Origin: an uncultured Gemmatimonadales bacterium
GTDB taxonomy: Bacteria; Gemmatimonadota; Gemmatimonadetes; Gemmatimonadales; Gemmatimonadaceae
DNA length: 64,000 nt
Direction of reading: 5' to 3'
NCBI GenBank assembly: GCA_963851265.1
Contig: CAWKNZ010000008.1
Span: 64,001 to 128,000, forward strand
A program made the position numbers and the translations under genes. Below are positions 1-10,733 of the stretch, in pieces; the stretch's first letter is position 1, and the number at the start of each line of letters is the position of its first letter. The notes beneath the pieces were generated by a model. It saw only the letters and a list, made by a program, of their open reading frames with translations, was not told the DNA's origin and did not search any database.

Positions 1-149
1 GCGACTTCGCCACACTATGTCACGAATGCAGGTCGTCAAGCATCGGCGCGCCCGGGGGAGGCCGCCGCGACCGCGCCGCGCGCCGCGGTCGGCGCCGCCC
101 GGGCAACTGCGGCGCCCGCGGGTCGTCAGACGCCGGCGCCGCCGCCCGC

Positions 150-1487
150 TCACTTCACCAGCACGAGCCGCTGCGAGAGAGACAACGAATCGCCCAGCAC
201 GACGTCGGGGGTGATGTCGACGAACACCGGACCGTCCAGCAGCACGACCATCGTACCCGCCGGGTAGCCCGACGTCACCGCGGGCCCGCCCGGCGTCGCG
301 GACGGCATCTGCCACGTCTGCATGTGACCCGCGCCGTCGGTGACCAGTGCCGGCGCGCAGACGTCGCTGACGCTCTGGAAGTAGCACATGACGCGCATCT
401 GGGTCACCATCCGGACGCGCTGCGAGAACACCCCGCTCGGGTTCGGGATCGAGTCCGAGAGCGCCATGCGGGTCACCACCCCCACCGAGCCGTCGGCGTT
501 GCGGCAGGTCGCGTCGGGCGCGTTGCCGGTGCGGTTGCAGAGCTGCACGAACCCGGGCCTCGCGTACGCGAGGAGGTTGGTCGTGTCGCTCATCTGCCAG
601 ACGAACGGGTGCAGGTAGTCCCCCACGCTGGTCGAGGCTCCCGCGCAGGTCGTGCTCCCCACGGCGGCTCCGATGTACGACGCGTACGCGGAGTAGCCGG
701 CGTTCCCGAAGTTGACGGTGTGCCACGAACCGGTGTTGGGCTGGCCGGCCGAGTCCCAGTGCGCCTCACGCTGCCACGGCGGCACGAGCACGAACGTGCG
801 GTACGACGTCGGAATCCCGCGCGCCGGCGAGAGCGAGGCGATGAGCGCCTGCGTCACGCCCGGCGCATACTGGTTGTGCGAACTGTACGGCCGACTGGTC
901 AGCCCGTTCGCGTCCTCGTAAATCCGCGTGTAAGGCGGGGCGAGGGGCCGCACGCAGGCCGCGCCGTTCACGTTCGCGATCCACGCCACCGAGGACCGCG
1001 TGACCTGGGGCGGCACCAGTCCGAGGCCGCCCGCGATCACGTACCGCGCGGTCGCCCGCGCCGTCGTTTTCACGGCGTTCACGGTGCCCGAGTACGTCGT
1101 CGCCGTGGTGGTGTTCGCCGACGGGTCGTAGAAGCTCGGGACGACGTCGGCGCTCACGACGCTGCCCGCCTGACCCGCGGCGCGGTTGGGCGTTGCGAGT
1201 TGCTGCGCCCGCGCCGGCCCGGACGTCGCCGCGCCCGACGGATTGAGCTGCGAGACCGACGCCGCGGCGAGCGCGGCCGCGTCCGCCGCGGCCTGCGTCT
1301 CCGACGCCGTGACGTACACGCGCCCCATGTCGACGGCGAGCGCGAGCCCGCCGAGCAGCGCGGTCAGCATGATGCAGATGAAGGGCAGCACGGCGCCGCG
1401 TCGGGCGCCGGGTGGCCGGATGAGCGTGGGCACGGGAACGATTCGTGGGTCAGCAACCGTCGATGGACGCGGGGCGGCGTCGGGCAT
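150..1487 (-). CDS. TadG/Tad-domain Flp pilus assembly-associated protein
   Basis: N-terminal 'RRGAVLPFICIMLTALLGGLALAVDMGRVY...TQAAADAAALAAA' is the prepilin-like Tad signature; start taken at ATG 1487 (MPDAAP), true start uncertain. Confidence 0.8.
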   Translation of the reverse strand: MPDAAPRPSTVADPRIVPVPTLIRPPGARRGAVLPFICIMLTALLGGLALAVDMGRVYVTASETQAAADAAALAAASVSQLNPSGAATSGPARAQQLATPNRAAGQAGSVVSADVVPSFYDPSANTTTATTYSGTVNAVKTTARATARYVIAGGLGLVPPQVTRSSVAWIANVNGAACVRPLAPPYTRIYEDANGLTSRPYSSHNQYAPGVTQALIASLSPARGIPTSYRTFVLVPPWQREAHWDSAGQPNTGSWHTVNFGNAGYSAYASYIGAAVGSTTCAGASTSVGDYLHPFVWQMSDTTNLLAYARPGFVQLCNRTGNAPDATCRNADGSVGVVTRMALSDSIPNPSGVFSQRVRMVTQMRVMCYFQSVSDVCAPALVTDGAGHMQTWQMPSATPGGPAVTSGYPAGTMVVLLDGPVFVDITPDVVLGDSLSLSQRLVLVK

Positions 1488-1616
1488 GGCCGGCGGCAAC
1501 CCCCGATGACGAGGAGGCCGACGGTCCGGGCACAAGTTCGGTGGCAAACGGATCGCATATCGGAGACGGCCGCGGCCCGTGTAGCTTGTCGTCTCCGCAC
1601 CCCGGTCCTCCGCTCG

Positions 1617-2945
1617 ATGCGCACCGCACACCGCCGTCTACCGCCCCACGCCCTCCTCGCCGCCGCGTTAGGCGTCGCCGCGCCCGCGGCCCGCGCGCAG
1701 CCGCCCGCCCCGCCGACGGCCGTTCGTTTCGGGCGGCTGGTCGACGGCACGGGGGCCGTGATCCGCGACGCCGTCGTGGTCGTCGAGGGCGATCAGGTGC
1801 GGCGCGTCGGCACGGGCGATGCCGCGGTGCCCGCCGGGGCCCGCGTCGTCGACCTGCGCCGCTTCACCGGCATCCCGGGCCTGATCGACGCGCACACGCA
1901 CATGACGTTCTACTGGGACCGCAGCCCCGGCACGCGGCCCTGGGCGCAACTCGGCACGCTCGGCGCTGCGGTCACCGTGTTCCTCGCCCAAGAGAACGCG
2001 CGCAAGACGCTCGCGACCGGCGTGACGACGGTGCGCGACCTCGGCTCGTGGGAGTACACGGATCTGGCGATGCGCGACCTCATCGCGCGCGGCGCGATGG
2101 TCGGGCCTCGCATGTTCGTCGCGGGCTACGGCCTGCAGATCACGAGCACGCCCTACCGGCCCGGCGGCGCGCCGCCCGCGCCCGGCCAGGCCGACGGCGT
2201 CGCGGAGGTCGAGCGCGTGGCGCGCCAGCAACTCGCCGCCGGCGCCGACTGGGTGAAGATGTACGCGTCGACCGGGAGCGACCAGGACGTCACCGGGTTC
2301 CAGACGTTCGGCTACGACGAGATCAAGGCCGCGGCCGACGTCGCGCACCGCGCGGGCAAGCGCATCGCGGTGCACTCCTACGGCCCCGACGGCGCGCGCG
2401 ACGCGGTGCGCGCCGGCGTGGAGTCGGTCGAGCACGCCACCGACATGGACGACGAGACCCTGCGCGAGATGGCGCGGCGCGGCACGGTCTACGTGCCCAC
2501 CGTCGAGCACAACCGCTACTACATCGCGCACCGCGCCGAGTACGGCTACGACCAGGCCGCGGCCGACCGGCTGGAGGGATACGTGCAGCGCAACTTCGCC
2601 ACGCTCCGGCGCGCCGTGCAGGCGCGCGTACCGATCGCGATGGGCTCCGACGCCGTGTTCACCGGCTTCGGCGAGAACACGCGCGAGCTCGCGTGGTTCG
2701 TGAAGGCGGGCATGACGCCGGCGCAGGCGCTCGCGGCCGCGACCACCACCGGCGCCGCGCTGCTCGGCATGCGCGGTCGATTGGGCGTGGTCGCCCCGGG
2801 CGCGTACGCGGACCTCGTCGCCGTCGACGGCGACCCGCTCGCGAACGTCGATGCCGTGATCCGCGGCGTGCGCTGGGTGATGAAGGGCGGGGAGGTGGTG
2901 GTCGATTCGACGCGTGCCGATGCGCCGCGCGGAACGGGGCGCTGA
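1617..2945 (+). CDS. Secreted metal-dependent amidohydrolase (Xaa-Pro dipeptidase-like)
   Basis: PGLIDAHTH, GVTTVRDLG, KMYAS, VEHA, GSDA motifs; signal-peptide-like N-terminus from ATG 1617. Confidence 0.88.
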   Translation: MRTAHRRLPPHALLAAALGVAAPAARAQPPAPPTAVRFGRLVDGTGAVIRDAVVVVEGDQVRRVGTGDAAVPAGARVVDLRRFTGIPGLIDAHTHMTFYWDRSPGTRPWAQLGTLGAAVTVFLAQENARKTLATGVTTVRDLGSWEYTDLAMRDLIARGAMVGPRMFVAGYGLQITSTPYRPGGAPPAPGQADGVAEVERVARQQLAAGADWVKMYASTGSDQDVTGFQTFGYDEIKAAADVAHRAGKRIAVHSYGPDGARDAVRAGVESVEHATDMDDETLREMARRGTVYVPTVEHNRYYIAHRAEYGYDQAAADRLEGYVQRNFATLRRAVQARVPIAMGSDAVFTGFGENTRELAWFVKAGMTPAQALAAATTTGAALLGMRGRLGVVAPGAYADLVAVDGDPLANVDAVIRGVRWVMKGGEVVVDSTRADAPRGTGR

Positions 2946-2947
2946 CG

Positions 2948-4276
2948 GTGCGCCGCCGCGATTTCACCCGCCACCTCGCCTGGGCCGGCGGCGCGCTCGC
3001 GGCCGGGCGCGGACGCTTGCCTGACGTCGCGCCCGTCGCCGCCCCGGGCGCGCCCGCGCTCCGCGTCGACGCCGCGCGACTCGGCGGCTGGCTCACCGCA
3101 CTCGGCGCGTTCGGGCGCAACCCGCAGGGCGGGGTAACGCGCACGGCCTACAGTGACGCCGACCGCGACGGGCGCCAGTACGTGCGCGGGCTGATGACCG
3201 CCGCGGGCCTCGACGTCCGCGTCGACGCGGCGGGCAACATCATCGGCCGGCGCGCGGGGCGCGAGCAGGCGCGCCCGCCCATCCTCTTCGGCTCGCACGT
3301 CGACTCGGTGCCCGCGGGCGGCAACTACGACGGCCCGCTCGGCTCGCTCGGGGCGATCGAGGTCGCGCAGACGTTGCGCGACCACGGGGTCGTGACGCGG
3401 CACCCGCTCGAGGTCGTCGTCTGGCAGAACGAGGAGGGCGGTCTCGTGGGGAGCCGCATCGCGAGCGGCGAGTTCCCCGCGCGCGAGCTCGACCGCGTGG
3501 CCGTCAGCGGCAAGACGCTGCGCGACGGCATCACCTTTCTCGGCGGCACCCCCGACGCGCTCGACGGCGCGCGCCGCCGTCCCGGCGACGTCGCGGCGTA
3601 CCTGGAGCTGCACATCGAGCAGGGCGACACGCTGGAGCGCGAGCACGTGGACATCGGCGTGGTCGAGGGGATCGTCGGGATCTGGCAGTGGACCGTCACC
3701 GTGGACGGCTTCGCCAACCACGCGGGCACGACGCCGATGGACCGCCGGCACGACGCGCTGCTGAGCGCGGCGCGCTTCATCGAGATGGTCAACCGGGTGG
3801 TGCGGAGCGAGCCGGGGCGGCAGGTCGGCACGGTGGGGCAGATTCGCGCCGAGCCGGGCGCGCCCAACGTGATCCCCGGGCGCGCGGTGATGAGCCTGGA
3901 GCTACGCGACCTCGACGCGCCCAAGGTGGCCCGGCTGTACGCGCGCATCGCGGCCGAGGCGGAGGCGATCGGGCGCGCGGACGGCACCACGATCGGGTTC
4001 GCGCCGATCACCGAGCACGCACCCGCGCCGACCGACCCGCGCGTGCGCGCGGTCATCGCCGGCGCGGCGCGCGGACTCGGCCTGACGAGCCGCGTGCTCC
4101 CGAGCGGGGCGGGACACGACGCGCAGGAGATGGCGCGGCTGGCCCCGACGGGGATGATCTTCGTGCCGAGCGTGGGCGGGATCAGCCACTCGCCGCGCGA
4201 GTTCACGCGCCCGCAAGATTGCGCGAACGGCGCGAACGTGCTGCTGCAGTCGGTGCTCGCGGTCGACGCGTGGTGA
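2948..4276 (+). CDS. M20-family Zn-dependent hydrolase (N-carbamoyl-L-amino-acid/allantoate amidohydrolase-like), probable Tat substrate
   Basis: GSHVDSVPAGGNYDG, NEEG, ELHIEQG, NHAGTTPM, SGAGHDAQ, GISHSPRE; N-terminal RRRDF twin-arginine motif after GTG 2948. Confidence 0.9.
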   Translation: MRRRDFTRHLAWAGGALAAGRGRLPDVAPVAAPGAPALRVDAARLGGWLTALGAFGRNPQGGVTRTAYSDADRDGRQYVRGLMTAAGLDVRVDAAGNIIGRRAGREQARPPILFGSHVDSVPAGGNYDGPLGSLGAIEVAQTLRDHGVVTRHPLEVVVWQNEEGGLVGSRIASGEFPARELDRVAVSGKTLRDGITFLGGTPDALDGARRRPGDVAAYLELHIEQGDTLEREHVDIGVVEGIVGIWQWTVTVDGFANHAGTTPMDRRHDALLSAARFIEMVNRVVRSEPGRQVGTVGQIRAEPGAPNVIPGRAVMSLELRDLDAPKVARLYARIAAEAEAIGRADGTTIGFAPITEHAPAPTDPRVRAVIAGAARGLGLTSRVLPSGAGHDAQEMARLAPTGMIFVPSVGGISHSPREFTRPQDCANGANVLLQSVLAVDAW

Positions 4277-4695
4277 GCGTCGTGCGCGAGACGCGGGCGA
4301 TGCTCGCGGCGATGTGCCCGGCGCTCCGCGCCGGGGAGTACGTGTTCTGCTCGGTGCCGGCCGACGGCGCCGACGCCTGTCGCGGCCTCGAACCGCTGGG
4401 CTGGTTTCGCGAGGCCGAGGGCGTGTCGCTCATCCTCGAGCGCGCGGCCGCGGAGCGGGCGGGCGTCGGCGCCGGCGTGCCGCTGCGGTGCATCACGCTC
4501 GCCGTCCACTCCGCGCTGGACGGCGTGGGCCTAACGGCGGCCGTGGCCACCGCGCTCGCCGGGCGCGGGATCGCCGCGAACGTGGTGGCCGCGTTCCATC
4601 ACGACCACGTGTTCGTGCCGGCGCACGCGGCCGACGACGCCCTGGCGGTGCTGCGCGGAGTGCAGGCCGCCGCGGAGGCCGCCCCCGGCCCCTAG
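4273..4695 (+). CDS. ACT-domain protein (DUF2241/ACT_7 type)
   Basis: 'GEYVFCSV...FREAEGVSLIL...ITLAVHSALDGVGLTAAVATALAGRGIAANVVAAFHHDHVFVP'; GTGA overlap with the upstream stop. Confidence 0.85.
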   Translation: MSVVRETRAMLAAMCPALRAGEYVFCSVPADGADACRGLEPLGWFREAEGVSLILERAAAERAGVGAGVPLRCITLAVHSALDGVGLTAAVATALAGRGIAANVVAAFHHDHVFVPAHAADDALAVLRGVQAAAEAAPGP

Positions 4696-4719
4696 AATAC
4701 GCACGGCCCCGCGTCCGGC

Positions 4720-6855
4720 GTGGGGCTCCCTCACCCTCCGCGTGCCGTGAACCTCCGCCTGTCCCCTACGCTCCGGCGCGCCGCGCGCGCGCTGGCCGCC
4801 GTTCTCGCCGCCGGCGCGACCGCGCCTGCCCGGGCGCCCGCGCAACCCGCGCCCGCGCGGTCCGCCCCCGCGTCGGTCGTGCCGATCCCGCTCAAGGTCG
4901 TCGATGTCAGCTTCATCGACCGCAACGCGCGGGCGTGCACGGACTTCTTCCAGTACGCCAACGGCGCGTGGCTCGCCCGGGACACGATCCCGGCGGCGTA
5001 CTCGTTCTCGGGCGTGGCGCGCGACATGACCGACCGGAACGAGCTCGTCGTGCGCGCCGTGCTCGACGACGTCGCGGTGCAGCGCGCGACGCTCCCCGCG
5101 GGGAGCACGCAGCGCAAGCTTGCCACGTACTACGGCACGTGCATGGACTCGAGCGCGGCGGAGGCGGCCGGGCTCGCGCCCGTGCGGCCGATGCTGCAAA
5201 CGATCGACGCGCTGACGTCGCGCGCCGCGCTCGCGCGCACGGTGGCCGACCTGCAGGGTCAGGGCGTCGACGTCGCGTTCCGCTACGGCCCCGAAGGGGG
5301 GCGGCACGATCCCGCGCACTACGTCGCGACGCTCGTGCAGGGCGGGCTCGGGCTGCCGGACCGCGACTACTACTTCGAGCCCGGGCCGGCCGGCGACTCG
5401 ACGCGCCGCGCCTTCGTGGACCACGCGGCGCGGCTGTTCGTGCTCGCGGGCGCGCGGGACGCGGACGCGCGGGCGGCGGCCGCCCGCGTGCTCGCCTTCG
5501 AGACGTCGCTGGCCGCGGCGTCGCTCACGCGCGTGGCGCAGCGCGATCCGTCCGCGACCGACCACTTGATGCGGCTCGCCGAGCTGCGCGCGGTGGCGCC
5601 GCACGTCGACTGGCCCGGCTACCTGCAGGCGCGCGGCACCACCGTGCCCGTCGCCCAGGTGAACGTCGAAATGCCGGCGTTCGTCGCGCGCGTGGACAGC
5701 CTGCTGGCGGCCGCGCCGCTCGACGACTGGCGCGCGTACCTGCGCTACCACGTGCTCGCGGAGGCGGCGCCCTGGCTCAGCACGCCGTTCGTGCAGGAGC
5801 GCTTCGCGTTCACGTCGCGCTTCACCGGCGCCACCGCCATGCTGCCGCGCTGGAAGCGGTGCCTCCGTGCGGCCGACGAGCAGTTGGGCGAGGCGCTCGG
5901 CGCGGCCTACGTCGCGCGCACGTTCTCGCCGGAGGCCCGGGCGCGCGCGAAGGCGGTGATCGACGACATCCGCGCCGCCTTCGGCGAACGCCTGCGGCAC
6001 CTGGCGTGGATGTCGGACGCGACGCGCGCGCAGGCGCTCGCGAAGCTCGCGCGCATGCGCGAGAAGGTGGGCTACCCGGAGCGGTGGCGCGACTACACGG
6101 CGCTCGACGTGCGCGACGACGCGTTCGTGCTCAACGTGCTGCGCGCGAGCGCGTTCGACTGGCGGCGCGTGGCCAACCGCCCCGGCGCCGCGGTCGACAC
6201 GGCCGAGTGGGGGATGACGGTGCCGACCGTGAACGCCTACTACAACCCGTCGCTCAACGAGATGGTGTTTCCCGCGGGCGCGCTCGCGCCGCAGACGTTC
6301 GACCCCGCGGCCGACGACGGCGCCAACTACGGCGCGCTCGGCGGCAGTTGGGCGGGGCACGAGCTGACGCACGGCTTCGACGACGAGGGCCGGCACTTCG
6401 ACGCGACCGGCGCGCAGCGCGATTGGTGGACGCCCGCCGACTCGGTCCACTTCACCGAGCAGGCCGACCGCGTGGCGCGGCAGTTCTCGTCGTACGTGCA
6501 GGTCGACACGTTCCACGTGAACGGGCGCCTCACGCTGGGCGAGAACATCGCCGACTACGGCGGGGTGCTCACCGCGTACGACGCGCTGCAGCGGGCCCTC
6601 GCGCGGGACGGCCGGCCGGGCCCGATCGACGGTTACACGCCCGAACAGCGCTTCTTCCTCGCGTATGCGCAGTCGTGGCGCGGGCACACGCGCGCCGCCG
6701 CGCTCCGGACGCGCGTGACCACCGACCCGCACGCGCCCGACCGGTGGCGCACCAACGGTCCGCTCTCCAACAGTGCGGCGTTCGCGCGGGCGTTCGGCTG
6801 CGAGCCGGGCGACCCGATGGTGCGGCCGGCCGCCGACGTTCCGCACATCTGGTGA
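4720..6855 (+). CDS. M13 family (neprilysin/PepO) metallopeptidase
   Basis: CTDFFQYANGAW, VNAYY, HELTHGFDD, TLGENIAD, DPHAP; signal-peptide-like N-terminus (start may be GTG 4747). Confidence 0.93.
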   Translation: MGLPHPPRAVNLRLSPTLRRAARALAAVLAAGATAPARAPAQPAPARSAPASVVPIPLKVVDVSFIDRNARACTDFFQYANGAWLARDTIPAAYSFSGVARDMTDRNELVVRAVLDDVAVQRATLPAGSTQRKLATYYGTCMDSSAAEAAGLAPVRPMLQTIDALTSRAALARTVADLQGQGVDVAFRYGPEGGRHDPAHYVATLVQGGLGLPDRDYYFEPGPAGDSTRRAFVDHAARLFVLAGARDADARAAAARVLAFETSLAAASLTRVAQRDPSATDHLMRLAELRAVAPHVDWPGYLQARGTTVPVAQVNVEMPAFVARVDSLLAAAPLDDWRAYLRYHVLAEAAPWLSTPFVQERFAFTSRFTGATAMLPRWKRCLRAADEQLGEALGAAYVARTFSPEARARAKAVIDDIRAAFGERLRHLAWMSDATRAQALAKLARMREKVGYPERWRDYTALDVRDDAFVLNVLRASAFDWRRVANRPGAAVDTAEWGMTVPTVNAYYNPSLNEMVFPAGALAPQTFDPAADDGANYGALGGSWAGHELTHGFDDEGRHFDATGAQRDWWTPADSVHFTEQADRVARQFSSYVQVDTFHVNGRLTLGENIADYGGVLTAYDALQRALARDGRPGPIDGYTPEQRFFLAYAQSWRGHTRAAALRTRVTTDPHAPDRWRTNGPLSNSAAFARAFGCEPGDPMVRPAADVPHIW

Positions 6856-7042
6856 CAGTTCGAGGTGGCACCTGACCACGCACGAGCTCGTGACGGCGGC
6901 GGCACATGTCATAGGCGGTAATACTGCACCAGAAAGCGTTGCTCGGATCGCTTCGGACGCACATCGTGGCGCACCGGACGATACCGGCCGACCTTCACCC
7001 AGCCGGGGTGGGCGGCGGTGTCGGCGGGGAACTCCGAGGACG

Positions 7043-7495
7043 ATGGCGATGCCCGATCGTGCCGCGGCAGTACCGGTCTTCGATCATCTGGAACGCTGGC
7101 CGACCTCGGCGCCCAGCGGTGAATCGGTCGACAGCCGACGGGTGAGCGATCACCCGGTCACCCGTCGGCCGGTGTCCGACCGACCCGCGCCGCCTCGCGT
7201 GATCCGTGAGCACGGCGCCGCCTCGCGCGTCGCGCCCGACGCCGGAATCGCGACGGGGGCGCACGCGTGGGCGACGGGAGTCGACGTCGCGGAGGCGCAG
7301 TGCCTCGCCACACGGCTCGCGCCGGAGGTCCACCGGCTCGAGCAGGCGGTGCGCGCGGCGTGCCCTGCGCTCGGGGCCGAGGCCGTACGCGACCACGCAC
7401 TCAGGCTCGCGCTCGGCGAGATCGGCGTCGAGCTGTCGCGCGACACGTTCACGGTCCTGCGGTTCAACGTCGACCGCGCGCGGCCCGTGGTCTGA
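7043..7495 (+). CDS. Hypothetical protein
   Basis: GAGGA RBS just before ATG 7043; C-terminal half has plausible helical composition; no recognisable motif. Confidence 0.4.
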   Translation: MAMPDRAAAVPVFDHLERWPTSAPSGESVDSRRVSDHPVTRRPVSDRPAPPRVIREHGAASRVAPDAGIATGAHAWATGVDVAEAQCLATRLAPEVHRLEQAVRAACPALGAEAVRDHALRLALGEIGVELSRDTFTVLRFNVDRARPVV

Positions 7496-7640
7496 CGCGG
7501 GCCTCGGGCCGCGGCGGCGTGGCCCGTCGGGAACGTGGTCTGCAACGAGCGCCGGCGGCGGCCGCGTTGGGCGGACCGCGCGCTCCCGAGCCGTTCCCCG
7601 CGGCGTGGTCGGGCGAACTCTGCGGGGTGGCGACACGAGC

Positions 7641-8381
7641 ATGGAGCTGCGCGGCAACGTGGTGCTGGTCACGGGCGGCGGGTCGGGGATCGGACTCGCG
7701 CTCGCGCGGCGATTCCTCGACGCGGGGAGTGAGGTGATCGTCTGCGGTCGCCGGGACGCGCAGCTCCGGGCCGCGGCGGCGGCACATCCAGGGCTTGAGA
7801 CTCGCGTGTGCGACGTCGCGCGCGCCGACGAGCGCGCGGCGCTCGCGGCGTGGCTGGTCGAGGCGCACCCCGGATTCAACGTGCTCGTGAACAACGCGGG
7901 CATCCAGCGCCGCGTGCGGCTGCTCGAACCCGAGGACTGGGACGCGACGCGGTCCGAGATCGCGATCAACCTCGAGGCGCCCATCGACCTCACGCTGCGG
8001 CTGCTCCCGCATCTCCGGACGCGCGACAACGCGGCCGTCGTGAACGTGACGTCGGGCCTCGCGTTCTCGCCGCTCGCGACGGTGCCGGTCTACTGCGCGA
8101 CGAAGGCGGCGCTGCGCTCGTTTACGCTCTCGCTCCGCCACCAGCTCGCCGATACCGCGGTGCGGGTGGTCGAGGTGATTCCGCCCGCCGTCGATACGGA
8201 CCTCGGCGGGCCGGGGCTGCACACGTTCGGCGCGCCGCTCGACCCGTTCGCCGACGCGGTGATGGCCCGGATGGGAGCGGGGGAGCTGGAAGTCGCCTAC
8301 GGCACGGCCGACGATCGCGCCCGGGCCGCACGGGCCGCGTTCGGGGAGACGTTCGTGCGCACGAACGGCGGCACGCCCTAG
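7641..8381 (+). CDS. Short-chain dehydrogenase/reductase (DltE-like)
   Basis: VLVTGGGSGIG, VNNAG, VNVTSGLA, YCATKAA. Confidence 0.92.
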   Translation: MELRGNVVLVTGGGSGIGLALARRFLDAGSEVIVCGRRDAQLRAAAAAHPGLETRVCDVARADERAALAAWLVEAHPGFNVLVNNAGIQRRVRLLEPEDWDATRSEIAINLEAPIDLTLRLLPHLRTRDNAAVVNVTSGLAFSPLATVPVYCATKAALRSFTLSLRHQLADTAVRVVEVIPPAVDTDLGGPGLHTFGAPLDPFADAVMARMGAGELEVAYGTADDRARAARAAFGETFVRTNGGTP

Positions 8382-8393
8382 CGTTGGGCGCGG

Positions 8394-8413
8394 CCGTCCG
8401 CCGCGGCGGACGG
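8394..8413. terminator. Perfect 20-bp palindrome between convergent genes (possible bidirectional terminator hairpin)
   Basis: CCGTCCGCCG/CGGCGGACGG lies between the stops at 8381 (+) and 8422 (-); no U-tract. Confidence 0.5.
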
Positions 8414-8421
8414 TGTGTGCG

Positions 8422-9378
8422 TCAGGCGCCGCGGAAGCGCACCGCCTGCAGCCAGGCCGTGCTGCGCGGGATGGTCGCGAACGGCGCGGCGGTCTCGTCC
8501 TCGATGTAGTACCGCTCGACGCCGGCCGCGCGCGCGGCGGCGAGCACGCCGCGGTAGTCGATCTGCCCCGTGCCGACCGGTACTTCGGCCGAGTCGGGGT
8601 TGGCGCCGCCGGTCTGCACGTTGCGCACGACGCCCTGGCGCATGTCCTTGAGGTGCATGAGCGCCCACCGGCCCGGGTAGCGGCGCAGGAGCGCGACCGG
8701 GTCCTGTCCGGGCAGCGCGGTCCAGAACACGTCCATCTCGAATTTCACGGCCGCGGGGTCGGTCTCGCGCATCAGCACGTCGAACGGCACGGCTGCGTCT
8801 GCACCGGGCTGGAATTCGTAGCCGTGCGTGTGATAAAAGAACTGCACGCCGGCGGCGCGCATCGCGCGCCCCCAGCGGTTGAAGTCGTCCGCGGTCTGGC
8901 GCGCCATCGCCACCGTGAACGGCCCCGCGGGGTGCGGGATCCACGCCACGCCGACGTTGCGCACGCCGAGCGTGGCCGCCTCGGCCAGCACGGCGGGGAG
9001 GCTGTCGCGCAGGCGATCGTAGCCGACGTGCATCGAGGTCGCGCGCAGCCCCGCGCTGTCGAGCATGCGGCGGAAGTCGCCAGCGGTCAGGCCGTAGGTG
9101 CCGGCCAGCTCCACCTCGCGAAATCCGAGCGCGCGCACGCGCGCGAGGGTGCCGGGAACGTCGGTCCGGATGGGGCCGCGCACGCTGTAGAGCTGCACGC
9201 CGAGGGGCCCGCGGAAGTCGCCCGTGAAGCGGAAGTCCGTGCCCGCCGCCGGCGCGGCGTTCGATGCCGCGGGTGCGGGCGACGCGTCGGGCGCGCGCCC
9301 CGCGCCGCCCTGCGTGCCGGTGGAGCAGGCGGCGCCGAGTGCGGCCGCGAGGGGGAGGAGGTATCGGCGTGAGAACAC
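8422..9378 (-). CDS. Sugar phosphate isomerase/epimerase (AP2Ec TIM barrel), probable lipoprotein
   Basis: GVQLYSVR, GFREVELAG, YHTHGYEF, FEMDVFW, HLKD, VGTGQID, YIEDE; lipobox LGAAC; start placed at GTG 9378. Confidence 0.88.
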   Translation of the reverse strand: MFSRRYLLPLAAALGAACSTGTQGGAGRAPDASPAPAASNAAPAAGTDFRFTGDFRGPLGVQLYSVRGPIRTDVPGTLARVRALGFREVELAGTYGLTAGDFRRMLDSAGLRATSMHVGYDRLRDSLPAVLAEAATLGVRNVGVAWIPHPAGPFTVAMARQTADDFNRWGRAMRAAGVQFFYHTHGYEFQPGADAAVPFDVLMRETDPAAVKFEMDVFWTALPGQDPVALLRRYPGRWALMHLKDMRQGVVRNVQTGGANPDSAEVPVGTGQIDYRGVLAAARAAGVERYYIEDETAAPFATIPRSTAWLQAVRFRGA

Positions 9379-9455
9379 GGGCGGGGCGCGGGTGGGGGTG
9401 GGACGGCCCGGAATCGTCGCCCCCGTCCCCGCCCGCGTCAAGCCGCCGTCGAAGG

Positions 9456-9494
9456 CCGCCGCGTCAGACCGCCGCGTCAGACCGCCGCGTCAGG
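9456..9494. repeat. 13-bp tandem repeat x3 (CCGCCGCGTCAGA) at the HAD gene stop
   Basis: Units at 9456, 9469 and 9482 (last ends in G); each contains a minus-strand TGA. Confidence 0.85.
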
Positions 9495-10299
9495 CGGCGG
9501 CGAGGGTCGGTCCCGGCGGCGCGTCCTGGATCGTGAGCCAGTCCGTGCGCACGCGGTCCCACTCCTGAATCATCAGCCCGTGCCGCTCGAAGAGGCGGCG
9601 GACCGCGACGGCGTCGTAGCCCGCGACCTCCTCGAGCACGGGGACGAGCACCGAGAGCGCGTCGTCGCTGATCACGGTGCGGCGCGCGATCTCGGTGACG
9701 TGGCGCGCCTCCGAGACGGCGATGGTGAGCCCGTCGCCGCGGTTCACGTGGAGCATGACGTGGAGATCGGAGCTGCCGTCGCCCACGTAGACGACGCGGT
9801 CGCGCGGTACGCCCAACTCGGCGCGCAGCGCGTCGACTGCGGCGACCTTGCCGTAGCCGGCGGCGACGCGCTCGACCGCGGCGACCTCGCCGGACTGCGG
9901 GTCGAACTGGAGTCGCGTGCCGACGATGTGGTCGGGTGCGACGATGCCGTCGAGCGCGGCGTGCACGATCTCTTCGGGCGCGGCCGACACGACGTAGAAG
10001 TCGAACCGGTGGCCCTCGACGCCGTGCTCCAGCAGCGCGGGGAGGCGCGCGATGTTGCGCTTGAGCCGGATGTGCCGGCCGACCTCGACGAGGTCGGCGC
10101 GGCGCACGCGGCGGTACTCGGGGTCGTGTCGCAGCAGGTAGGTGAGTTCGGCGCCTTCCTGCACAAGGTTGAGCTTCGACAGGCCGGCGACGCGCGCGTC
10201 GAACTCGGGGATGCCGAGCCGCTCGCTGAGCAGGCGCCCGGAGTCGTTGAAGCTGAGGGTCTGGTCGAAATCGCTGACGAGCAGGTAGTGGCGGCTCAT
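9490..10299 (-). CDS. HAD-IB family hydrolase/phosphatase
   Basis: SDFDQTLS motif I, VVSAA motif [14 protein letters not shown] motif IV; AAGGAG RBS. Confidence 0.88.
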   Translation of the reverse strand: MSRHYLLVSDFDQTLSFNDSGRLLSERLGIPEFDARVAGLSKLNLVQEGAELTYLLRHDPEYRRVRRADLVEVGRHIRLKRNIARLPALLEHGVEGHRFDFYVVSAAPEEIVHAALDGIVAPDHIVGTRLQFDPQSGEVAAVERVAAGYGKVAAVDALRAELGVPRDRVVYVGDGSSDLHVMLHVNRGDGLTIAVSEARHVTEIARRTVISDDALSVLVPVLEEVAGYDAVAVRRLFERHGLMIQEWDRVRTDWLTIQDAPPGPTLAAA

Positions 10300-10733
10300 G
10301 GCGACTCCTTGCGTTGGCGCCGCGCTGGTGGGCGCAACGGGCGGGTGCGGTGCGTTCCGGGGCGTGACATCGGGACCTCCTCGTCCGGGCGTGGACCGCG
10401 CGGGGCCACGTCGCCGGAGCGGCGGCGGGCCGCGGGCGGCGGAGCCCAGGCACGTGTCTGGATCGAGAGTTAGACGGCGCGGGACGGGACGTCCAATACA
10501 TCCTGCGTGTGCCGCGATACCCGGCGGGTCTCGCGTGGAATCGCTGGAGGCGGTTGCAGGATCGGGCTTGCCGTCGGCGCGCCTGGCGAGGTTCTGCGAA
10601 GCCTACAACCAACAGAAGGAGCCCAGAACTGTAAGTCTGCGTTCCTCTCTGTCGTCGAAGGTCAAGCTGTCCGCTCACCGGAGCCGACCGTTGCGGCGCA
10701 CAGGTCGGTCCCGCTCTGCACGAGATATGACAT

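Noticed and set aside
324..4276. Long N-terminal extensions of ORFs 324-2945 and 1445-4276 (likewise 32618, 35077, 24174, 51637)
   Set aside because: The extensions overlap neighbouring genes; signal peptides and family motifs indicate downstream starts.
6890..6920. GTGACG...GCGGTA resembling the T6SS motif
   Set aside because: Spacer is 19 nt rather than 16.
10441..10500. Possible ZTP riboswitch 3' element (minus-strand CGTGCCTGGGC) and a weak sigma70-like TTGGAC-N18-TAACTC
   Set aside because: The 5' conserved part of the riboswitch is not found; the promoter match is too degenerate to support.
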